A program made the position numbers and the translations under genes. The notes beneath the pieces are model-generated. The model searched no databases, was not told where the DNA came from, and worked only from the letters and a program-made list of their open reading frames with translations. From an uncultured cyanobacterium (GTDB lineage: Bacteria; Cyanobacteriota; Cyanobacteriia; Phormidesmidales; Phormidesmidaceae), in contig CAWBZI010000002.1 in the NCBI GenBank assembly GCA_963793265.1, positions 192,001 through 256,000 of the forward strand: a stretch of DNA of 64,000 bases, read 5' to 3'. This document shows, one piece after another, positions 55,728-64,000 of this stretch (the stretch's first letter is position 1; the number at the start of each line of letters is the position of its first letter).

Positions 55728-56753
55728 ATGATGAGCGAGCAGTCTGAAGCATCCGTTACCAATGACTACGATAGCCCCTGGAAAGAGATTCTCGAAGCTT
55801 ACTTTGAGGAATGCATCGCCTTTTTCTTTCCAGATACGTATCGTGATGTTGATTGGGCCAAAGGCTACGAATTTTTAGACAAAGAGCTTCAGCAGATTGA
55901 CCGCGAAGCCGAAATTGGGAAACGAGTTGCTGACAAGCTGGTCAAAGTATGGACAAATGCGGGAGAACAAGTATGGGTACTCATTCATGTCGAAGTGCAG
56001 AGCCAACGAGAAACTAGCTTCTCGCAGCGTATGTATTCCTACAACTACCGGCTACAAGACTTATTCAATCGCCCTGTTGCTAGCTTTGCTATTCTGAGCG
56101 ATGACAGCCCTACCTGGCGACCGCATCACTATTCATCCGCGCTCTGGGGCACTACCGTAGACTTTGAGTTTCGCACTATAAAGTTGCTAGACTATAAGCA
56201 CCATTGGGACGAGCTGATGGACAGCGAGAATCCTTTCTCTGTTGTTGTGATGGCCCATTTGAAGGCGCTGGAAACCTCAGGCGACCAGGTTAGCCGAAAG
56301 CAGTGGAAGCTGAGCTTGATTAAGCTTCTGTATCAAAGGGGCTACGAACGTCGAGACGTGAAGCAGCTACTGCGGTTTATTGATTGGTTGCTAGCACTGC
56401 CGCTGGCGCTACAAGGCGACCTTTGGCAAGAAATACTGACTTATCAGGAGGAAATGAACATGCCTTATATAACTAGCCTAGAACGCCTTTCTATGAATAA
56501 AGGCTTAGAAGAAGGCCGAAAGAAAGGCTTAGAAGAAGGTCGTGAGGAAGGCCGTGAGGAAGGTTTAGCAGCGGGCTTAAAACGAGGTATTCAGATAGCT
56601 TTAGAACAGCAGTTCGGTAGTTCGGGGCTTGAGTTGATTCCGGCTATTGAAGAGGTCAATGATATCGAAATCCTTGACAGATTGCAGGAGAGACTATTAA
56701 AAAACCAGATTTCGTTAGACGAACTACAGCAGCTCTATCAGCCAGGTTCGTAA
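55728..56753 (+). CDS. Rpn/YhgA-like PD-(D/E)XK nuclease family protein
   Basis: YDSPWKE; ADKLVKV; LIHVEVQ; RMYSYNYR; C-terminal EEGR repeats. Confidence 0.87.
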   Translation: MMSEQSEASVTNDYDSPWKEILEAYFEECIAFFFPDTYRDVDWAKGYEFLDKELQQIDREAEIGKRVADKLVKVWTNAGEQVWVLIHVEVQSQRETSFSQRMYSYNYRLQDLFNRPVASFAILSDDSPTWRPHHYSSALWGTTVDFEFRTIKLLDYKHHWDELMDSENPFSVVVMAHLKALETSGDQVSRKQWKLSLIKLLYQRGYERRDVKQLLRFIDWLLALPLALQGDLWQEILTYQEEMNMPYITSLERLSMNKGLEEGRKKGLEEGREEGREEGLAAGLKRGIQIALEQQFGSSGLELIPAIEEVNDIEILDRLQERLLKNQISLDELQQLYQPGS

Positions 56754-56863
56754 CGTAGCTTGAGACAATCTAGAAAATCGATGTTCCGAAACACAGCACC
56801 AGAAAACACGTCTACATAACATTAGACACCTTCTTCTCTGTCTGCTGCTGTTCGAGCACATCC

Positions 56864-58063
56864 ATGCCACACAAGCCTTTCCGCCTTTCTAAGCTGAAGC
56901 GCCTATTTCTATTAGGGATTACAGCCGTTTACGTAGCCCTTATAATTTGGCTTGATTTTTTGCAAGGGCCTGTCTGGTGGGATGAGGGCACCTTTTGGCA
57001 AACTAGCGTGACGCTGAGCGATCGCATTTTCCCCACGCTCAACGAACTCAGAGACTACACAGAACTCAACACGCCCCTTCCTTTCATACTCTTTGGCGCT
57101 ATCGAGCACGTTTCTCAGGGCGATATTGTCTGGGGACGACTGCTAAACCTGATGCTCTCTATCAGTATGGTGTTTATAGTCGGCTGGCCGACTCACACCA
57201 AAGGGAACAAAGCCCTCTTGTGTGTAGTTGGCCTATTTTTGTGCCCGTACTATCTTTGGCTGAGCGGTCGCTTATACACCGAAATGATCGCCTGCTTTTG
57301 GGTGCTGCTCGGATTTATTGGCTACGTGAATCAGCGATACGTGTGGAGCTGTGTTGCGTTCATTTTGGCGATCGCCTCTCGGCAGTACATGGTCGCTTTC
57401 CCGGCTGCGATCGCCCTTTACGAATTTCTCATCTCTGCCGATATAGCTATACAGCTCAAGCAACTGCATCTTGCACAGCAGTGGAAGTGGCTAGCTTATG
57501 CGGGCGTGACCACAACGATTGTGGGATGGTTTTATCTATTTGACGGGCTCGCGCCCCAGACGGCTTTAGAGACTCGTTTAGCGCCAGCCGTTCAACAGAC
57601 GACCTGGGCGATCGCTCCCGGTGGCGCGATTAACTTTCTCTCTTTTGTTGGATTATATCTGGTTATTCCAGAGGCTTTGTTGTTTCGATATTATCTCAGG
57701 GCCAGGCTAAAAGAGCTGAAAGTCGAAAAGATAGTGCTAGTTGCTTTCGCCCTGCTCGTCTATGCAATCATCTTTCCGCCACACCTGATTGGATCGGGTA
57801 ATATCGGCAAGCTAGTTAGGCTCCTGCCCTACGATGTATTGAAGCTTACCTTGCTGTATGGCCTTGCGCTGCTCGCCTGCGTCAGATTCTCCAAGCCCTC
57901 GTTATTAGCCCTACTGGTTTTGAGCAATAGCATCATTATGATGAAGGCATATCCCTGGGACAGATATGTTTTACCGCTCGTAGTTGTCTTCTGGTATATC
58001 AAGGCAAGCGGTATTGAAGAACAGTTCTCTCTTTGGAAGCCTAAGAGAAAATCACTGCTCTAA
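56864..58063 (+). CDS. Polytopic membrane protein, probable GT-C glycosyltransferase
   Basis: WWDE after TM1; TPLPF; YTE; SRQ; RY near C-terminus. Confidence 0.65.
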   Translation: MPHKPFRLSKLKRLFLLGITAVYVALIIWLDFLQGPVWWDEGTFWQTSVTLSDRIFPTLNELRDYTELNTPLPFILFGAIEHVSQGDIVWGRLLNLMLSISMVFIVGWPTHTKGNKALLCVVGLFLCPYYLWLSGRLYTEMIACFWVLLGFIGYVNQRYVWSCVAFILAIASRQYMVAFPAAIALYEFLISADIAIQLKQLHLAQQWKWLAYAGVTTTIVGWFYLFDGLAPQTALETRLAPAVQQTTWAIAPGGAINFLSFVGLYLVIPEALLFRYYLRARLKELKVEKIVLVAFALLVYAIIFPPHLIGSGNIGKLVRLLPYDVLKLTLLYGLALLACVRFSKPSLLALLVLSNSIIMMKAYPWDRYVLPLVVVFWYIKASGIEEQFSLWKPKRKSLL

Positions 58064-58084
58064 ACAGTCGGTTCTCTCAATTCT

Positions 58085-59197
58085 CTATACGACGAGTGTC
58101 TCTCGCTTCAAGCCTGTTTCAGCCTTAGATCCATCCTTCGGAAAGAATCGCACGCGCTCAGAGTTGACACCTACGCTGACGCGATCGCCCACATCCAACC
58201 GTACGCTCACTGGCGATCGTACCTCCAGCACCTTTCCCGACCCCATCAGCAAAGAATACTGATACTCTCTGCCTAAAAACTGTCGCCCCTGCACCAGCAG
58301 CGAACCAGCGACATCTTGTAAAATATGCAAATCTTCTTGAGCGATCATCACATCACCCTGGTCACTACCATCGGCAGGCAGATCTAGCTGTAGCATCCCT
58401 AGATCTGTCTCCCAGCCCTCAGCCCTGCGCACTGCCGAGAGAAAGTTGGCCTGTGTTACAAACTCAGCTACAAATCGCGATGCTGGATTTTGATAGACGC
58501 GCTCGGGCGTATCAAACTGCATGAGAGAGCCTTGATTCATCACCGCAACTCGGTCGGCAATCGAAAGCGCTTCTTCCTGATCGTGTGTTACAAACACGCC
58601 TGAGGCACCTACGCTCTTTAAAATATCGCGCACCTCTTGCCGCAGCCGCAGCCGCACCTGCACATCCAAGTTACTGAAGGGTTCATCAAGTAAAACCAAA
58701 GGCGGACGTGGTGCCAATGCTCTTGCCAGCGCCACCCGCTGCTGCTGCCCGCCCGATAGCTCATGCGGATAGCGCTTTTCCATACCGGCTAACCCGACCA
58801 AGCTCATCGCCTCGCTAGCCAGTCCTTGAACCTGCTTTTTAAGCATTTTGCCGCGCCGACAGAGCTGCTTCAGGCCGAATGCCACGTTTTCAATCGCGCT
58901 TAAATGTGGAAATAGCGCATAGTCCTGAAAGACTACGCCCACCTGACGCTTTTCTGGCGGTAGCCACACACCTTTGCCACATACCTGCTGCCCAGATAGA
59001 GCAATCTCACCGGCTTCTGGCCGCTCAAATCCTGCTAGTACCCGCAAAAGCGTTGTCTTACCGCAGCCCGACGGCCCCAGCAGCCCTAATAACTCGCCCT
59101 GATGTAGCTCAAATCCAACGTCATCTACCGCGATCGCTGCCTGGTTAAATTGTTTTGTAATGTTTTGGCAGACAAGAACGGGGGCTGGTGACGCCAT
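58085..59197 (-). CDS. futC: Fe(III) ABC transporter ATP-binding protein
   Basis: GPSGCGKTT; PPEKR; LDEPFSNLD; downstream of futA. Confidence 0.85.
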   Translation of the reverse strand: MASPAPVLVCQNITKQFNQAAIAVDDVGFELHQGELLGLLGPSGCGKTTLLRVLAGFERPEAGEIALSGQQVCGKGVWLPPEKRQVGVVFQDYALFPHLSAIENVAFGLKQLCRRGKMLKKQVQGLASEAMSLVGLAGMEKRYPHELSGGQQQRVALARALAPRPPLVLLDEPFSNLDVQVRLRLRQEVRDILKSVGASGVFVTHDQEEALSIADRVAVMNQGSLMQFDTPERVYQNPASRFVAEFVTQANFLSAVRRAEGWETDLGMLQLDLPADGSDQGDVMIAQEDLHILQDVAGSLLVQGRQFLGREYQYSLLMGSGKVLEVRSPVSVRLDVGDRVSVGVNSERVRFFPKDGSKAETGLKRETLVV

Positions 59198-59321
59198 AGT
59201 TTATAGATGATTTCAGGAAATTTCTAAAAAAGTACTAAACAGGAATTTTTCTTACTATACAATACCTCACTTCAGATCCATTCTCATTAAGCCATCTTGC
59301 TCCCGGCTTCATCTGCTGAGC

Positions 59322-59981
59322 TTAATCCACCCACAAACGTAAAAGATTGCTAACGCTTTTTGCGAGTAAATCAAACTCATTCGTTTTACCGTCTTGGGCA
59401 AAGAGCGATCGCTTCACCGTATCTAGCTCAAACAAAATCTCCCGCTTGCCATGGTCGCGAATCAGGCTTTGCACCCAGCCCACCGCCGCCCATCGCACCC
59501 CGCTTGTCACCGGATCTACTCTGTGTAAGCTAGACGATGGGTACACCAGCAAAGAGCCCGCTGCTAGCTTGTAAGACTGCTCGCTATCTATGCCTTCCAC
59601 CACCAGCTCACCGCCTTCATAGCTCTCGGGATCAGATAGAAACAGGGTAAAAGACAAATCGGAGCGCGCGCCGTTCATCAGTGCGTTGTCGGTGTGCCGT
59701 CCGTAGCACATGCGATCGCTATACCGATTGAAGCGGATCGTATGAATTTGCTTAGGCCGCGCTGCCGCCTGAAACAGCGGGTGCTTGAGTGCCGACCGTC
59801 GCACCTGTTGAATCAACGGTGCGGCAATTGGATGCTTGCTATCGAGCTGTTGATTTTGCTTGACGGCTTTTGCGTGCCAGCCCGCCGTCGTTTTGCCATC
59901 TACCATATCGGCGGCAGCCAGCTTTTCGCATAGCTCCGCCGTCTCTTGGGCCGATAGCAGCTCAGGAATCGTAAAAATCAT
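59322..59981 (-). CDS. PKHD-type Fe(II)/2OG hydroxylase (PiuC/YbiX-like)
   Basis: DGKTTAG; YGRHTDN; YEGGEL; YPSSSLHRV; WVQS. Confidence 0.92.
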   Translation of the reverse strand: MIFTIPELLSAQETAELCEKLAAADMVDGKTTAGWHAKAVKQNQQLDSKHPIAAPLIQQVRRSALKHPLFQAAARPKQIHTIRFNRYSDRMCYGRHTDNALMNGARSDLSFTLFLSDPESYEGGELVVEGIDSEQSYKLAAGSLLVYPSSSLHRVDPVTSGVRWAAVGWVQSLIRDHGKREILFELDTVKRSLFAQDGKTNEFDLLAKSVSNLLRLWVD

Positions 59982-59987
59982 TCGCCT

Positions 59988-61070
59988 TTACTGCCACCCT
60001 GCCCGGTCAACAATCTCATTTACCTCGGCATTGTTGCGTCCGTAAGAAGCCACGTTCACCTCATCTACCTTAAACTCGCCTAGCTCTGCCACAATTGGCT
60101 CAAGCTCTACGCCTGCGACCACCGGATACTCGTTGTTACTTTCAGCAAATATCTTCTGGGCCTCGTCGCTCACTAAGAACTCCATAAACCTGACGCCGTT
60201 CTCAGGATGGGGCGCACCCGCTACCAGTCCGATCCCGCTGATGTTTACGTGCGTACCACGGCTATTTTGGTTAGGGAAAAAGACGGCGGTTTTAGCGATC
60301 GCTGCTTGATCTGCCGGGTCATCAGACTTTGCCATCCGCGCCCAGTAGTAGTGATTTGCAATGGCCACATCGCACTGCCCGGCCGCCACCGCCTTAATTT
60401 GATCGACATCGCCACCCTCTGGCTGCCTAGCAAAATTCGCCACTAAGCCCTCAGCCCAGGTTTCCGTCGCCTCAGTCCCGTCAGTCTCAATCATCGAGCC
60501 CACCAGTGACTGGTTGTACACATTCCCCGAGCTGCGCACGCACACCCGGCCCTGCCACTTCGGATCGGCCAAATCTTCGTACGTAGAAAGCTCCGCAGGC
60601 GTCACATTGTCGGTGTTATACACCAGTACACGCGCCCGCGTTGTCAGGCCAAACCAGTTGCCATCAGGCTCTCGCAGCCCCTCAGGCACCCTACTATTCA
60701 AAACCTCCGAGTCTACCGGCTGAAAAATGCCCGCCTCCTGCGCTCGCCACAACCGGCCCGCATCTACCGCCACAAACACGTCTGCTGGGCTTTGAGCCCC
60801 TTCATTCTTAATCCGCTCAATCAGCTCATCCGGCTTCCCTTCAATCACATTCACCTGGATGCCCGTCTCAGTCGTAAAGTCCTCGTACAAAATCTCGTCT
60901 ACGTCGTAATGCCGCGCCGAATACAGGTTCACCACGTTCTCACCGCTGCTCGCCTGCGAGCCACTCTGGCCTGCTTCCTCACCAGATGGCTGACAGGCCA
61001 CAACCGCAACCGACATACACAGCGCCAGTCCCCATAGCTGCCGTCTGGTGAATTTCAAGGATCTCAACAT
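59988..61070 (-). CDS. futA: Fe(III) ABC substrate-binding protein
   Basis: YSARHY; VDAGRL; YNQSL; NHYY; HVNISG; NNEYP. Confidence 0.93.
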   Translation of the reverse strand: MLRSLKFTRRQLWGLALCMSVAVVACQPSGEEAGQSGSQASSGENVVNLYSARHYDVDEILYEDFTTETGIQVNVIEGKPDELIERIKNEGAQSPADVFVAVDAGRLWRAQEAGIFQPVDSEVLNSRVPEGLREPDGNWFGLTTRARVLVYNTDNVTPAELSTYEDLADPKWQGRVCVRSSGNVYNQSLVGSMIETDGTEATETWAEGLVANFARQPEGGDVDQIKAVAAGQCDVAIANHYYWARMAKSDDPADQAAIAKTAVFFPNQNSRGTHVNISGIGLVAGAPHPENGVRFMEFLVSDEAQKIFAESNNEYPVVAGVELEPIVAELGEFKVDEVNVASYGRNNAEVNEIVDRAGWQ

Positions 61071-61087
61071 ATTTTCAACCGGGCCTT

Positions 61088-61111
61088 AATTATTGACTAT
61101 TGACAATAATT
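61088..61111. promoter_or_regulatory. AT-rich inverted repeat AATTATTG-N8-CAATAATT, candidate Fur-type operator
   Basis: Directly upstream of the futA start. Confidence 0.5.
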
Positions 61112-61273
61112 GCTACTAACAACTTCTCAAGTCTAGTACGAAACTCTCTTCTATTTCATGACACTCTTGTTATGAAATTTGGCCGATTCGACTCATTCGG
61201 ATAGCTAGGAACCTTTAAAAAAACCAAAAACCCTCTAAAATGATTTGGATTTATCGAGCCTCCCAGGTGCCCT

Positions 61274-64000
61274 ATGCCTCGTCGAAGTGACCTCAAAAAA
61301 ATAATGCTCATCGGCTCAGGCCCTATCGTGATTGGCCAAGCCTGCGAGTTTGACTACTCAGGCACTCAGGCATGTAAGGCGCTCCGTGAGGAAGGCTATG
61401 AGGTCGTGTTGGTAAACTCCAACCCAGCGACAATCATGACCGATCCAGAAATCGCGGATCGTACCTATATAGAGCCGCTGACCCCAGCCGTGTTAGAGCA
61501 AATCATTGCTCAAGAAAAGCCAGATGCGCTGCTGCCGACGATGGGAGGGCAAACGGCGCTGAATTTGGCCGTAGATCTGGCAAAAAGCGGCGCGCTCGAA
61601 AAGCATGGCGTGGAGCTAATTGGGGCAAAGCTAGAGGCGATTGAGAAAGCCGAAGACCGCAAGCTCTTTAAAGAAGCCATGGTCAAAATTGGCGTGGGCG
61701 TGTGCCCGTCTGGTTTGGCAGAAACCATGGACGAAGCAAAAGCGATTGGTAAGCAGATCGGCAGCTATCCGCTGATTATTCGTCCTGCTTTCACTATGGG
61801 CGGCAGCGGCGGCGGCATCGCCTACAACCAGGAAGAGTTCTATACCATCTGTAACTCTGGGTTAGAGGCCAGCCCCGTCTCGCAGATCCTAATTGAGCAG
61901 TCTCTGCTTGGCTGGAAAGAGTACGAGCTAGAGGTGATGCGCGATCTGGCCGATAACGTAGTGATTATCTGCTCGATTGAAAATATTGATCCGATGGGCG
62001 TTCATACGGGCGATTCGATTACCGTTGCGCCTGCTCAAACGCTGACTGACAAAGAATATCAGCGCCTCCGCGATGCCTCGATTAAGATCATTCGTGAAAT
62101 CGGTGTAGAAACAGGCGGCTCTAACATTCAGTTTTCGGTGAACCCCGAAAATGGCGATGTGGTGGTCATTGAAATGAATCCTCGCGTCTCTCGCAGCTCG
62201 GCTCTAGCCTCCAAAGCCACTGGCTTCCCGATCGCTAAATTCGCCGCAAAGCTCGCTGTGGGCTATCGCCTTAACGAAATTTCTAACGACATCACTGAAA
62301 AAACGCCCGCTAGCTTTGAGCCTACGATCGACTACGTAGTGACTAAAGTTCCGCGTTTTGCCTTCGAGAAGTTTGCAGGCGCGTCGTCTACCCTCACGAC
62401 TCAAATGAAGTCAGTTGGTGAGGCAATGGCGATTGGTCGCACCTTTAACGAGTCTTTTCAAAAGGCGCTGCGATCGCTCGAAACCGGTCGTGCAGGCTGG
62501 GGCTGCGACGGCCCCGAAAAACTCCCCACCCTTTCCCAAGTCCGCTCTGATCTGCGCCGCCCCCATCCCGAGCGCATTTTTGCCATTCGCCACGCCATGC
62601 AGCTCGGCCTTACTGTTGAAGAAATTTACGAACTCACCGCCATTGACCCGTGGTTCTTAGATAAATTCAAAGCGCTGCTAACGGTTGAAAAATTCATCAA
62701 GCGTACGCCGCTGCCCGATGTCACTAAAGCGCAAATGCTCGCGATTAAGCAGGAGGGCTTTAGCGATAAGCAAATTGCCTTTGCGGCTAAGACCACCGAA
62801 GATACTGTGCGTGACACTCGCAAATCGCTTGGCATAGTTCCGGTGTACAAAATGGTAGACACCTGCGCTGCTGAATTCGAGTCCACCACGCCCTACTACT
62901 ATTCTGCCTACGAAGAAGAGAGCGAAGTGCTGCCTTCTGATCGTCGCAAGGTGATGATCCTCGGCGGTGGCCCTAACCGAATTGGGCAGGGGATTGAGTT
63001 TGACTACTGCTGCTGTCATGCCTCTTTTGCGCTGCAAGACGATGACTATGAGACGATCATGGTGAACTCGAATCCTGAGACGGTTTCGACTGACTATGAT
63101 ACGAGCGATCGCCTCTATTTTGAGCCGCTGACTAAAGAAGACGTGCTCAACATTATCGAAGCTGAAAACCCCGACGGTGTGATCATTCAGTTTGGCGGAC
63201 AAACGCCGCTGAAGCTCGCCGTGCCGATTCAAGCCTATTTACAGGCACTCAGCGAAGATTCTGAGATCAAAACGAAGATTTGGGGCACTTCTCCTGATGC
63301 AATCGACGCTGCTGAAGACCGTGAGCGTTTTGAGGCGATCTTAAGAGAGCTTGATATCCGCCAGCCGCCTAATGGTTTGGCGCGTAGCTATGATGAGTCG
63401 TTAGCGATCGCTCAAAAAATCGACTACCCCGTCGTCGTCCGCCCCAGCTACGTCCTCGGCGGCAGAGCCATGGAAATTGTCTACTCTGATGCCGACCTTA
63501 AGCGCTACATGACCACGGCTGTCCAGGTCGAACCCGATCATCCCATCCTGATCGACAAATTCCTCGAAAACGCCGTAGAAGTAGACGTAGACGCCGTATG
63601 TGACCAGACCGGCCAAGTTGTTATCGGCGGCATTATGGAACACATTGAACAAGCAGGCATCCACTCTGGTGACTCCGCCTGTTCTCTCCCGACCGTTACG
63701 CTCTCTGAAGCCGCGCTGTCCACCATTCGCGACTGGACAGTCAAGCTTGCCAAGCGCCTCAAAGTCATCGGTCTGATGAACATTCAATACGCCATCCAAG
63801 GCGATCAGGTGTTCATCATCGAAGCCAACCCCCGCGCTTCTCGCACCGTGCCCTTTGTTTCCAAAACCACCGGAGCCCCGCTGGCCCAAATTGCCGTTCG
63901 CGTTATGTCAGGCAAAACGCTGGCCGAACTCGGCTACACCGAAGAGATCATTCCTCAGCACACCGCTGTCAAAGAAGCCGTTTTTCCCTTCAATAAGTTC
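61274..64000 (+). CDS. carB: Carbamoyl-phosphate synthase large subunit (runs off window end)
   Basis: Hand translation [60 protein letters not shown]; absent from the ORF track. Confidence 0.97.
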   Translation, partial: MPRRSDLKKIMLIGSGPIVIGQACEFDYSGTQACKALREEGYEVVLVNSNPATIMTDPEIADRTYIEPLTPAVLEQIIAQEKPDALLPTMGGQTALNLAVDLAKSGALEKHGVELIGAKLEAIEKAEDRKLFKEAMVKIGVGVCPSGLAETMDEAKAIGKQIGSYPLIIRPAFTMGGSGGGIAYNQEEFYTICNSGLEASPVSQILIEQSLLGWKEYELEVMRDLADNVVIICSIENIDPMGVHTGDSITVAPAQTLTDKEYQRLRDASIKIIREIGVETGGSNIQFSVNPENGDVVVIEMNPRVSRSSALASKATGFPIAKFAAKLAVGYRLNEISNDITEKTPASFEPTIDYVVTKVPRFAFEKFAGASSTLTTQMKSVGEAMAIGRTFNESFQKALRSLETGRAGWGCDGPEKLPTLSQVRSDLRRPHPERIFAIRHAMQLGLTVEEIYELTAIDPWFLDKFKALLTVEKFIKRTPLPDVTKAQMLAIKQEGFSDKQIAFAAKTTEDTVRDTRKSLGIVPVYKMVDTCAAEFESTTPYYYSAYEEESEVLPSDRRKVMILGGGPNRIGQGIEFDYCCCHASFALQDDDYETIMVNSNPETVSTDYDTSDRLYFEPLTKEDVLNIIEAENPDGVIIQFGGQTPLKLAVPIQAYLQALSEDSEIKTKIWGTSPDAIDAAEDRERFEAILRELDIRQPPNGLARSYDESLAIAQKIDYPVVVRPSYVLGGRAMEIVYSDADLKRYMTTAVQVEPDHPILIDKFLENAVEVDVDAVCDQTGQVVIGGIMEHIEQAGIHSGDSACSLPTVTLSEAALSTIRDWTVKLAKRLKVIGLMNIQYAIQGDQVFIIEANPRASRTVPFVSKTTGAPLAQIAVRVMSGKTLAELGYTEEIIPQHTAVKEAVFPFNKF

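Noticed and set aside
56500..56566. Tandem repeats in the Rpn gene
   Set aside because: Normal EEGR coding repeats of this family
61510..63889. Minus-strand ORFs (up to 184 aa)
   Set aside because: Antisense shadows of carB, which is open on the + strand from 61274 to the window end
1..64000. CRISPR array, cas genes, integrase, rRNA
   Set aside because: No regularly spaced repeat array or such genes seen; the recurring GCGATCGC is HIP1

Overview
Cyanobacterial chromosome segment, judged from dense HIP1 (GCGATCGC) octamers, GTA-N8-TAC NtcA boxes, an SLH-OprB porin, Uma2 and futA/futC. A Leptolyngbyaceae/Phormidesmis-like host is only an inference. The left arm holds two hybrid histidine kinases, a truncated ROK kinase relic, a small gene with a highly structured leader, an ArnT-like transferase, tRNA-Gly(CCC), ybdK, a GST, a LysR and Uma2. 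The core (about 10.5-53.6 kb) is an organic-nitrogen scavenging super-cluster with two parts. (i) Purine/ureide genes (guaD, two NCS2 permeases, porin, uraH, hpxO, M20 amidohydrolase, then an 8-oxoguanine deaminase-like gene, dihydropyrimidinase, an allophanate-hydrolase-C-like protein and an ABC transporter), marked by TTGTATACAA operators and an FCD-type GntR. (ii) Nested inside it, a roughly 20 kb amine module marked by CTTGT(C/T)ATAACAAG-like operators, a HutC-type GntR and NtcA promoters. This module has a TMAO-demethylase (Tdm)-like DUF1989-GcvT protein, a copper amine oxidase, an ACAD-like flavoprotein, three PhyH dioxygenases (two with altered catalytic motifs), a Cys-to-Ser class I amidotransferase, Amt, two GS-like ligases, a MocD-like desaturase, a MetX-like hydrolase and a PEP-CTERM amidase. 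It is the best candidate for an undescribed pathway. A decayed mobile patch (MNT-HEPN, ISAzo13, DUF6883/DUF4926) lies at 20.8-23.7 kb, and an ISAzo13-type MITE carrying a REP doublet lies at 45.7 kb. The right arm holds maa, an Rpn-family gene with a likely internal start, futC-piuC-futA and the 5' part of carB, which the ORF track misses. All family calls come from motif recognition by eye, not database searches.
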